A stretch of 36,244 bases of DNA from a virus (IMGVR_UViG_3300039306_000021:1-36244), one strand, 5' to 3'; positions 27,374 to 35,348 are shown, numbered from the stretch's first letter. Notes: generated from the sequence alone by a model not told the origin. Made by a program: numbers and translations.

Positions 27374-28195
27374 TTAGTTGTAGGCCCAGAGCCAGATTCG
27401 TTTGCCGCTGAAGCGGAATAGGTCAGCCGTAAGGGCGAGCAGGCGCATGCTGGCATCGTAGGTGTAATCCACCTCCGGCTCCAGCTCCAGGCCAGTGCCG
27501 AAGAACACACTCACGTCTCGCACCCCGGGGGCCAGCGTGAAGTGGGTATGCTCCGCGTCATAGGTGCCGAGGGAAACCTTGGTGCGGGTAGGGCTGCTCA
27601 GGTAGTAGTAGCCCCACAGCCGCACCCCCGCAAACTGCGCCAGCGGCAGGGTAATCGTGACAGTAGGCGGCGTGGCCAGCAGGTTGAGCGTGTAATCCAC
27701 CTCCGGCTCCAACTCCCGCCCACCACCCGTTTTCACGTCGAGCGACTTCGTGCCGGGGGGTAGTTCATATACTTGGTTGTCTGCCGAGTAGCGTCCGGGA
27801 AAACTGAGTTTTACTCCCTTGGTACCGGCGCCACCGGCACTGGGTGTGCTCGTGGCCGTGACCCGGCGCCAGTTCGCGTTATCGAGCAGCGCGGCCATGC
27901 GCTGCTCAGGGCTGAGCTGCGCATAGCCGCCAATTTCCAGGCGCATCTCGTACCAGGCTTCCGGAGGGCCCTCGCGCACGAGCACCGTCATGCCATGGGT
28001 GCGCTGACCCGAGCCATCCCCGTAGGCATTGAGCTTGCCATCGGGGTGCACCCCAATGGCCTGGAGCTCCTGCAGGGTATCAACGCCCCGGTCCCAGTTG
28101 CCCTTCTGCGCGAAGTGCGTGTTTTTGCCATTCTCCGCCCCGGTGGTGAGCGGGTCGAGCACGACGGTACCGAGCGGGTTGGCGCTGGGATTCAT
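27374..28195 (-). CDS. Appendage protein (G3)
   Basis: N-domain paralogous to the G2 N-domain; two tandem beta domains, each with ELEPEVDYT. Confidence 0.65.
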   Translation of the reverse strand: MNPSANPLGTVVLDPLTTGAENGKNTHFAQKGNWDRGVDTLQELQAIGVHPDGKLNAYGDGSGQRTHGMTVLVREGPPEAWYEMRLEIGGYAQLSPEQRMAALLDNANWRRVTATSTPSAGGAGTKGVKLSFPGRYSADNQVYELPPGTKSLDVKTGGGRELEPEVDYTLNLLATPPTVTITLPLAQFAGVRLWGYYYLSSPTRTKVSLGTYDAEHTHFTLAPGVRDVSVFFGTGLELEPEVDYTYDASMRLLALTADLFRFSGKRIWLWAYN

Positions 28196-29491
28196 TTAGT
28201 TGACGCCGATGGTGAAGGTGCCCGTGTCCTTGCTGCCCCACTCCAGCTTGAAGTTTTCGGTAAAGCCGTCGCTGTTGGTAAAGGGGAATACCCGGCCCAG
28301 GAAGGCATTGTTAGGCAGCCCATTGACCGTGTAGCTGCCATTGCCGGCCTCTTCCACCCAGGCAAACACCGGGTACTGGTTAGCCAGCGTGATGTCGCGC
28401 GTCTGCTGGCGCGCGGCCTGCAGCTCCTGGCCAGCCAGCGCGCGCAGGGCGGCCGAAATTTCGCTGTTGGACATGGTGGCCGGATCCTGCGCAACGCCGC
28501 CCCAGAAGCGCATCGACGTGTAGCGGATGCCCACGGACGTGCTGGTCGACTTATTGGCCGTGTCGGTCGCCGTAATGGAGAAGTCGGTGTTGGTGTTAGG
28601 GGCCGTGTTGGCGTTTACCACGCCCGAGAGTTTTACCGAGCCGTCGCCATTCAGCTGGGCCTGGCCAGCTACTACTACCGTCTGCAATGGGTAGGTACGC
28701 TGGCCCACGTTGAAGTGCAGCGTAACGGCCGTGCCGGCTCCTTTTTGGCGCAGGGGGTTGTCTGCCGAGAGGCTCACCGAGGGGGCGTAGTCCTTCACCA
28801 GCAGCTTTTTCCAGAAGTCGGGCCCCTTGCCTGTATAGTCGCTTACGCCCGCAAACCCTCCGATTTGCTCCGTGATGCCGGCGATGGTAAACTCCTGCTC
28901 TGCTCCCCCTGCAGGCCGCTTTTCCAGCTCATCGAGGCGCTGATGGATGAGCGTGAGCAGCTGCTGCAGGTCCACCCCTTCCGGATACTGCGTGAAAAGG
29001 ATGAGCAGCTCGCGCACGGTGCTCACGAGCGTATCACCGTCGCCGGCCTCGTTGCCGATGATGGCCTCCGTGGCCAGCAGGCGCTCGTGCAGCTTGCGCA
29101 GCGTGTCGCCCGAGAGCGGCACGCCATCGCGCAGGATCCGGATGGCCTCACTGGGGTCCCCGGTGCCTTCCCCCGTCACCAGCACCCAGTTGCCGTTGTC
29201 GGCCAGGGCGTTGACTTTATCCGACTCTGAAGGCAGAGTGGCAAAGTCCGGAATGCGCAGCTGATACTTCGCGCCGCTGAGCAGCGTAATGGTCATGTTC
29301 ACCGTGCGCTGGCCCGAGCCGATGCCGAAGGCATTGAGCTTACGGTCGGGCGCCACTTTGATGGCGTCGCGCTCCGTCAGGTCTTTGACAGGCTTATCCC
29401 AGTCCCCTAATCGGGCATAGTGGGTGTTTTTGCCGTTATCGGCGGCCGTGGTGGCGGCGTCGAGCAGAACGGTGCCGAGAGGATGTGCCAT
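28196..29491 (-). CDS. Appendage/fibre protein (G2)
   Basis: N-domain shared with G3, middle DGVP..GDTLRKL shared with G4, C-terminal ~195 aa shared with G1. Confidence 0.65.
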   Translation of the reverse strand: MAHPLGTVLLDAATTAADNGKNTHYARLGDWDKPVKDLTERDAIKVAPDRKLNAFGIGSGQRTVNMTITLLSGAKYQLRIPDFATLPSESDKVNALADNGNWVLVTGEGTGDPSEAIRILRDGVPLSGDTLRKLHERLLATEAIIGNEAGDGDTLVSTVRELLILFTQYPEGVDLQQLLTLIHQRLDELEKRPAGGAEQEFTIAGITEQIGGFAGVSDYTGKGPDFWKKLLVKDYAPSVSLSADNPLRQKGAGTAVTLHFNVGQRTYPLQTVVVAGQAQLNGDGSVKLSGVVNANTAPNTNTDFSITATDTANKSTSTSVGIRYTSMRFWGGVAQDPATMSNSEISAALRALAGQELQAARQQTRDITLANQYPVFAWVEEAGNGSYTVNGLPNNAFLGRVFPFTNSDGFTENFKLEWGSKDTGTFTIGVN

Positions 29492-30771
29492 TAGTCTACT
29501 GTGAGGTTAAAGGTGCCGGAATCAGGCATCGCGCTCCGCTCGATGCGGTAGAGCTCCCCGAATCCGTCAGAGTTGGTGAAGTGAAAAGTCTTGCCGCTGA
29601 AGGCATTGTTGGGCAGGCCGTTGACCTTGTAGCTGCCGGCGCCCAGCTCGGCCGGCCGGGCCACCACGATAAACTCCTCCACCAGGGTCACGGCCATGCT
29701 CTGGGCGCGGCTGGTGCTGAACTCCTGGCCCCCGAGCGTGCGCAGCACGGCGCTCAGCTGCACATCGCTCAGGGAGAACGGATCCTGCCCCATACCACCC
29801 CAGAAGCGCCTGCTCTGGTAGGCCACCTGCGCCGAGGCCTGCACCGTAGCGCCTGTGGAATCGGTGGCCACCAGCTGGAAGGTGGTGTCGGTACTGGCCG
29901 CGGTAGTCGTCGATACGGTACCGGCTAGCTTGGGCGAGCCATCGGTGTAGCGCTGCTGCTGCCCGGCCACGACAACGTTGGTGATGGGGTTGGTGCCCGG
30001 CGTGACGGTAAAGGCCAGGCTCACGGCCGTACTGGCGCCTTTCTGGCGCAGGGGGCTACTGGCCTGCAGCGTGGCCGTGGCCGGCGAGTCGGGTGTGAGC
30101 ATAATTTCCATCGCGTCACCCGTTTTATCCGCCATGACCGTCACCTCGTCGCCGGTGGCAATGTCGCCGACGCTCGTCGTAGCGACGAAAGAGCGAGTGC
30201 CGACCGGGCCGCCACTCCCACCAGAGCCGGGCAGCGGGCCGCCTTCCATGCCTTCTGATGACTGCAGGCCCCCTTCGGCCACAAGCCAGGTGCCTTGGTA
30301 CGGGCGGGCCGGGCGAATCGTGTCGCCCGTGAACTGCCAGTCGTAGCCGTTGCGGGCGGTTTCGGTGCCCGTGCTGTAAGAAGTGGTGAACTCCAGCGGC
30401 TCAGTGGGCGTGCCCAGCAGCTGCACCTGCCCGTTCAGGTCACGGTAGAGCACCACGAAGCGGCCGCCCCGCAGCTTCTCCAGGGCCGCCGCCAGGCCCG
30501 GCGTATGGCGGGCCAGATCACCGGTAAGCTTATGGGCCGTGGCCTCGCCGTGCCGGCCCATGGGCTTAGCGGTGGCAGCATACTTCACCGAGCCGCGCAC
30601 GGCCCGCAGCACGTACCACAGCGCGCCGGGCCGGAGCTCCAACTGCCGGAGTAGCAGCGGGCCGCGGGCCAGGAAGCTGACCAGGTTCGCGGCCGCCGTG
30701 TACCAGAGCAGCTCGACGCCCCCGAGGTTATCTGCCCGCTCCTGCTGAAGGTTAACGAACGGATGCGCCAT
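29491..30771 (-). CDS. Tail-tube-like domain fused to an appendage anchor (G1)
   Basis: Start moved to MAHPFVNL at 30771; DNLGG...DLNG.V.LLG...P....YSTG...RNG resembles 21718-22311; Gly linker; C-domain shared with G2. Confidence 0.6.
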   Translation of the reverse strand: MAHPFVNLQQERADNLGGVELLWYTAAANLVSFLARGPLLLRQLELRPGALWYVLRAVRGSVKYAATAKPMGRHGEATAHKLTGDLARHTPGLAAALEKLRGGRFVVLYRDLNGQVQLLGTPTEPLEFTTSYSTGTETARNGYDWQFTGDTIRPARPYQGTWLVAEGGLQSSEGMEGGPLPGSGGSGGPVGTRSFVATTSVGDIATGDEVTVMADKTGDAMEIMLTPDSPATATLQASSPLRQKGASTAVSLAFTVTPGTNPITNVVVAGQQQRYTDGSPKLAGTVSTTTAASTDTTFQLVATDSTGATVQASAQVAYQSRRFWGGMGQDPFSLSDVQLSAVLRTLGGQEFSTSRAQSMAVTLVEEFIVVARPAELGAGSYKVNGLPNNAFSGKTFHFTNSDGFGELYRIERSAMPDSGTFNLTVD

Positions 30772-31378
30772 GCTGCAGCAGATCAACCAGGGGGAGCGGC
30801 AGGGCCATAACGTGCTGACGCAGAGCCTGCATGCGGGCCTGAAAGGACAATTCTGTCGTTTTAGAAGACACTTCGGCCGTTTTAGAGGACAAAACTGCCG
30901 GGGATTTCTTCGCGTTTTTGCGCGGACGCACCCGCACGCCGGCGTTGCGCTGCACCGCCTTCTTGAGCGTCTGCAGGGGCATCTCCTCTTCTTGGATATC
31001 GTAGAGGGCGCAGTACGTGAGGATGGCCTCCGTAATAGGCAGCCGGTGCATGACGCGCCCGCAGTTGGCCCGCACCCAGAGGTAGAGCTCTTGGTGGATC
31101 AGATCGTCCACGTAGCGGTTAAAGCGGGAAATAGTAAAGTCACTGGCCCCCGTTACCCGGAACTGGCGGGTAGGATAGTTCTTTAAGTCTATCGGGAACG
31201 TATCGGTGCAGTCGTCGAGCTTTCCCACGCCGCGCTGGCCCTTGGGCTGGCGCTGCAGCAGGCCGCTGAGGTAGAGGCCAAACCGGTCGTTTTTGGAGAG
31301 CACGTACTCCGGACCCACATGAGCCAGCAGGTACTTGCGCACGTGCGGCTTCACAGGCAACTGTAAGACTTTTAGCAT
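30752..31378 (-). CDS. Basic phage protein, candidate DNA-binding late regulator
   Basis: N-terminal LPVKPHVRKYL strand-helix and C-terminal EAILTYC..YDI.EE...LQTLKKAVQR HTH-like segment; behind promoter P5. Confidence 0.5.
   Translation of the reverse strand: MLKVLQLPVKPHVRKYLLAHVGPEYVLSKNDRFGLYLSGLLQRQPKGQRGVGKLDDCTDTFPIDLKNYPTRQFRVTGASDFTISRFNRYVDDLIHQELYLWVRANCGRVMHRLPITEAILTYCALYDIQEEEMPLQTLKKAVQRNAGVRVRPRKNAKKSPAVLSSKTAEVSSKTTELSFQARMQALRQHVMALPLPLVDLLQHGASVR
30845..30890 (-). repeat. 21-bp tandem repeat (about 2.3 units) carrying TGTCY motifs
   Basis: Units at 30847-30867 and 30868-30888 match at 17 of 21 positions; encodes LSSKTAE VSSKTTE LSF. Confidence 0.7.
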
Positions 31379-31398
31379 ATAAGCAACTTAGAATAGGT

Positions 31399-31433
31399 CA
31401 AAACTAGTATTCCCTGCTGCTAGAATAAAGGAC
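31399..31433 (-). promoter_or_regulatory. Promoter copy P5
   Basis: GTCCTTTA-19 nt-TAGTTTTG, with a canonical Bacteroidota -7 element TAnnTTTG. Confidence 0.7.
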
Positions 31434-31747
31434 CCATGTAAGAGAGCTCCATCCAGCTCGCTTCCATATCCATCTGATCCAAACAACTGAAGAATATGCT
31501 ATTTACCACTCTCTGCAAGTTAGATATTGCAGCCCCTAATAATCAAGCTTCGTGCAAGATAAATAACTGATTTATAGCGTATATACGACCTTTAAAAATA
31601 CGTTTAACATACGTTTAAATTACTATTCTGCGCGGCTGGCTAGCACTTATCGGTGATGCCGTGAACTGTATCGGGCGGCGACGGCTTAGTTCCGGAAAGA
31701 TTAGCCTCTATCTTGCCACGGTTAAATTTTATCCTATTCTTTTTTAG

Positions 31748-32362
31748 ATGATCTACGCACATCGCTCAGCAAGCCTGCTACTTCTCCTCACGACTACTGC
31801 CCTGCTGACCAGCTGTGGCAAGGAGGAGGCCACTCCCGAGGTAAAAGAGGAAGCCACGCTTTCCCGCTCCCTGGTTTACGATCCAGCCACGACCAGCAAG
31901 GCACCCTTTGTTACCTCCTACTCGGCAGCCAATACTAAGACAAGCGCCAGGATCACTCCGGAGTCTAGTACAGTACCTACCGACTTGCTGCAACTCAGCT
32001 TGAGCGGCGATGGACCTGACGCGTCAGATAGCCTTCACATTACGCTGCCCGTTTTCAAACTAAAGCCTAACTGGGTCGGCACCTATACCCTTTCCCAATC
32101 AGGAGCGGATGGTTCGACGGCGTATACCTTCCACAACAAGAAAAGTACGCCAACCTATTACGCTCTTTTTTATTCTTCAATAGGAAGCATTACCATTACT
32201 TCCTATGATGCGACCACTCGGCACGTGAGCGGCACCTACTCGCTGGCAATGCCCAGAGCGGTTGATTTCTCGGATATTTCCAGCGTTTCTGGCCCTATCC
32301 AAACCGTATTTGGCAAGCTCACGCTAACGGGCTCCTTCTCACGGCTGCCCATAGCTCCCTAA
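31748..32362 (+). CDS. Lipoprotein moron, opposite strand to the phage genes
   Basis: LLLLLTTTALLTS-CGKEE lipobox; GSITITSYD....VSGTYS beta motif; AT-rich upstream region with TATCTTG. Confidence 0.8.
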   Translation: MIYAHRSASLLLLLTTTALLTSCGKEEATPEVKEEATLSRSLVYDPATTSKAPFVTSYSAANTKTSARITPESSTVPTDLLQLSLSGDGPDASDSLHITLPVFKLKPNWVGTYTLSQSGADGSTAYTFHNKKSTPTYYALFYSSIGSITITSYDATTRHVSGTYSLAMPRAVDFSDISSVSGPIQTVFGKLTLTGSFSRLPIAP

Positions 32363-32387
32363 CTCAGCGCTTCAAGCGGCAACCACT

Positions 32388-32435
32388 CTCCGGCCCCGGC
32401 CCGCAGCTATTAGGAGTTGCGGGCCGGGGCCGGAG
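32388..32435. terminator. Long GC hairpin between convergent genes
   Basis: 21-bp arms with one G-T mismatch and a 6-nt loop; no T tract. Confidence 0.6.
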
Positions 32436-32439
32436 CTCG

Positions 32440-32841
32440 TTAAAGCTGAAACCACGAAGTCAGGTTCTGCGCCCGCTGGTGCACCTTGCCCAGGCAGCAC
32501 TGCAACTGCGGCTGCTGATCGGGTAGCAGGGGCCGCAACTCTCCAGTCTGGTAGAGCTTAAGCACCTGCAGCAGCTCATCGTAGGCCAGGCGTAGCGAAC
32601 GGGGCCGCGCCATGGGGCGCTGACCACCCCGCCCGGCCCGCTGCCACGAGCCGCAGAGCAGGCGCGTTAGCTGCCGGCAGATGCTGGTGAGAGGCCGCAG
32701 GCTAAGTGCCTCAGCCAGGGGCATGGGACGCATGGTTGCGCGCACGGCCACATCGTGCAGGTAATGCTGCAGGGCACTGAGCAAGGCCACTGCCTCCCCT
32801 TCCCACAGCTCAATTTTCTGGTCTAGCTCGCGCAGGTTCAT
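32440..32841 (-). CDS. Hypothetical protein
   Basis: 133 aa, ATGA-coupled to the upstream gene. Confidence 0.65.
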   Translation of the reverse strand: MNLRELDQKIELWEGEAVALLSALQHYLHDVAVRATMRPMPLAEALSLRPLTSICRQLTRLLCGSWQRAGRGGQRPMARPRSLRLAYDELLQVLKLYQTGELRPLLPDQQPQLQCCLGKVHQRAQNLTSWFQL

Positions 32842-33158
32842 CCGTTCCAGCTGCCACGCTCCTTGCGGCAGATTTCCGGGCGGCCCGGGGCCTGATTGTC
32901 ATAGATCACGCAACGGGCCACCTTCGCCCCCATCTTGTCGACCATCTTACGCAGGCCCTCCAGCCCATAGCGGCGCGGGTCGGCGACTTGGTAGCGGCCC
33001 GAGGAGTCAAAGCTGTAGAAGTCGGCCTGGCCGGGCGTGCCGGGCTGCGGGGCGGCCCAGTATACCCGGGCTTTAGTCAGGGCCGTCAGGCGCAGGCTAG
33101 CGTAGCTGGAAGTGGCCGGAGCGGCCATCTGAGTAGTTGTGGGGGGCAGGACTGCCAT
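32838..33158 (-). CDS. Hypothetical protein
   Basis: 106 aa, follows the initiator gene in the same operon. Confidence 0.65.
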   Translation of the reverse strand: MAVLPPTTTQMAAPATSSYASLRLTALTKARVYWAAPQPGTPGQADFYSFDSSGRYQVADPRRYGLEGLRKMVDKMGAKVARCVIYDNQAPGRPEICRKERGSWNG

Positions 33159-33193
33159 GGGGAGGGAAAGCTGAGTGGGATGATAAAGAATGG

Positions 33194-34543
33194 TTAGGTG
33201 AGCAGCGTGAGCACCTGCTGGTTGTACTTGTCGGTGGCTAGCGGGCCGCCGAGCTGCCCGAGCGCGGCCTGGTGGCGCTGGTAGAGCTCGGCAAAGGAGC
33301 TAGCCTGAATGTGCTTAGCGACCCGGCGCGGAGTTTTCTCTCCCCGATCCAGCTTGCGGCGCAGCTTGAGCTCACTGAGGGCCTTGGCCACGGCCCGGTT
33401 GACGCGGGCAAGGTGCTCGGCGCGCTCATCGGCCACGAGCCAGGCCATGGTGCCGCGGAAGCCCTTCTGGTTTTCCCAGTCGAAGTAGCCGCGGCCGCGA
33501 ATGAGCTCGGCCCAGGGCATGGGGGCGTAGTAGCGGCCGGCGTGCTTGGCAAAGTGCTTTTCTACCAGTTCGATGCGGCGCAGCACGCCCTGGTGGTAGC
33601 GGGCAAAATCAAAGTGCGGATCCTCAAACTCGCGGTACACGCCGCGGCGGATGGCCTGGCAGGCCAGCTCCTCCTGGTGAGCCGAGAAGCGGTGCTCGGG
33701 GTAGAGCAGGGCCTTGGCGTAGCCCCAGGCCGAGTTGACGTAGGCCGCGTACTGGGCCTGTTTCTCGGTTTCTGGGCCAGGCGCCGCGGCGGGGGTACTT
33801 GGGGCTGGCCGGTCGGCCGCGCGCCCCCCCTGCCCTTGTTTCGCCGCCTGGCCGGCGGCGTCAGAGCTCGGGTTGCGGCCCTCCGCTTCCGGAAAGGGTC
33901 TTTCTGAAAATTCGTCCGAGGCATTTTCTCCACATTGCCCGATTTCAGATTTCTGAGTTTCCTGAAGTTCAGGAAGCTCAATAGGCGGAAATTTTGTGCC
34001 GTTTGTGGATAAAACCGCGCCGATTGTCTGATACCCAGACTCAGCCGCTACGGGGCTTTCCACGGCCGGCTGGGGTACTTGGCACACCAGCTCGGGGTTT
34101 ATCCACAGCTCGAAGCTGCGCTTGCGCCCGTGCCACTTCTTGCGGGCGATCAGGCCCACGGAGAGCAGCTGCGCGAGGTGGTTGCGCATGGTGCGCTCGG
34201 TGAGGCTGCGCTGCTGCATGAGCATGCGCGCGTCCACCAGAATCGAGGGCAGCGTCAGCTCCCCGGTGTCCGTGACGACGGCCCCGAGCAGCAGGGGCTG
34301 CTGGAGCATGCGCTCCAGGCGGCGGCGGTAGAGCTTGAGCAGCAGCTCGCCCGTGACCTTGGCCCCATCACAGACGGCGCGCGGGCCGCGGCGCACCACG
34401 GTCTGCTGCGCGCCGGCGCGGGGGCCGCGGGTGATGGTGCGCTCGACGATGATGCGCGGGGTCTGGTGCCAGAGCGCATCGACTTGTAGGTGCCACTGCA
34501 GCAGGCAGTGGCTTAAGGAATGCAGGGTAACGGGAGAAACCAT
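33194..34543 (-). CDS. Putative replication initiator (winged HTH)
   Basis: LTERTMRNHLAQLLSVGLI...HG....FELWIN wHTH, low-complexity linker, helical C-domain; start probably MVSPVT at 34543. Confidence 0.65.
   Translation of the reverse strand: MVSPVTLHSLSHCLLQWHLQVDALWHQTPRIIVERTITRGPRAGAQQTVVRRGPRAVCDGAKVTGELLLKLYRRRLERMLQQPLLLGAVVTDTGELTLPSILVDARMLMQQRSLTERTMRNHLAQLLSVGLIARKKWHGRKRSFELWINPELVCQVPQPAVESPVAAESGYQTIGAVLSTNGTKFPPIELPELQETQKSEIGQCGENASDEFSERPFPEAEGRNPSSDAAGQAAKQGQGGRAADRPAPSTPAAAPGPETEKQAQYAAYVNSAWGYAKALLYPEHRFSAHQEELACQAIRRGVYREFEDPHFDFARYHQGVLRRIELVEKHFAKHAGRYYAPMPWAELIRGRGYFDWENQKGFRGTMAWLVADERAEHLARVNRAVAKALSELKLRRKLDRGEKTPRRVAKHIQASSFAELYQRHQAALGQLGGPLATDKYNQQVLTLLT
33895..34110. 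promoter_or_regulatory. Putative replication origin with DnaA boxes
   Basis: Perfect TTATCCACA boxes at 34004-34012 (minus) and 34099-34107 (plus); TTCTCCACA at 33926; AT-richer patch; dyad at 33959-33975. Confidence 0.6.
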
Positions 34544-34958
34544 GATGTAGCAGCGGGAAGCAGCCGCCTGGTAGCGGCGGAGTACGGGTACTGTGGGGCA
34601 AGCGTGGCCCACTGTCCGGCCCGGGGGCGGGTATTCCCACCGGGCGGCCTCGTGCGGGCCGGATCTCAGCTAGGGGCTGCAGACCCTCCGGGCTCCCGGC
34701 CAGCGCGAGCTGGCCCCTTCCCTGTATTGTGGTCCCACCCGGTGGGAACGGTCGGCTTCGTGCTGGCCGACGGGAGCAATGGTGCAATAGGAGTTGTGCG
34801 GTAGGCAGGACTCGGTTCCTCGCCCGGCCTCACGGCCGGCCCTGACACTCAAATGGCTTTCCCAGGCTTTTCAAGCAGGGGGCCATGCGGCCACGAGGAA
34901 AATGCTTCAGGGGTGCCCGGCGCGTGGTGGCGGGCCGCACCGGGGCAAGCGGCTGCTC

Positions 34959-35309
34959 TCAGGCGGCCTGCCCTTCCTGCTGCGGCAGGCCGAGCGCCTG
35001 ATCGAGCTGCTGCAGGCGCTGCTCATAGCGGGCAATGTCCACCCGGATGTCGGCTAGTTCCTGGGCCAGGCGAAAGTGCGGCTCGGCCAGCGCGAGCAGG
35101 CTGCGGGCGGTGCTGAGCTCGCGCAGCAGCTCCGCGCGCTCGGTGCGCAACTGCTGGCGGGTAGGGCGCCGGGTGTCCGGGGCGGGCAGCGCGCTGGGCG
35201 AGTCGTGCAGCAGCACGGGCTTACCTAGATTATCAGCCAGGCACTCGGCCGTGGCGCGCACCTGCTCGCTGGCGCGGGAGGCGTACAAATGAATCAGTGG
35301 GGTCGTCAT
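34959..35309 (-). CDS. Hypothetical coiled-coil protein
   Basis: 116 aa, early operon. Confidence 0.6.
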   Translation of the reverse strand: MTTPLIHLYASRASEQVRATAECLADNLGKPVLLHDSPSALPAPDTRRPTRQQLRTERAELLRELSTARSLLALAEPHFRLAQELADIRVDIARYEQRLQQLDQALGLPQQEGQAA

Positions 35310-35348
35310 GGGAAGTCGCGTGAAGGCAGTAAGGAAAAGAGGCCTGGC

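Noticed and set aside
27460-27716. Near-identical ~26-bp repeat (TGTAATCCACCTCCGGCTCCA) as a DGR TR/VR pair or inversion site
   Set aside because: It is too short, both copies encode ELEPEVDYT in duplicated domains, the orientation is direct, and there is no reverse transcriptase in the window.
27773-29230. Long plus-strand ORFs (485 aa here; also 5085-6338, 11047-12018, 18491-19600, 22848-23876, 26332-27411)
   Set aside because: These are antisense shadows of GC-biased minus-strand genes, with no recognisable motifs.
5019-31378. Gene transfer agent, tailocin or contractile injection system
   Set aside because: Capsid, terminase, replication and excisionase-like genes are present and no sheath was recognised, so an ordinary temperate phage is the simpler explanation.
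13606-31433. Recurring AAAAGGACACAAAAAAGCC as CRISPR or REP repeats
   Set aside because: The copies are kilobases apart at operon starts and are explained as terminator-promoter units.
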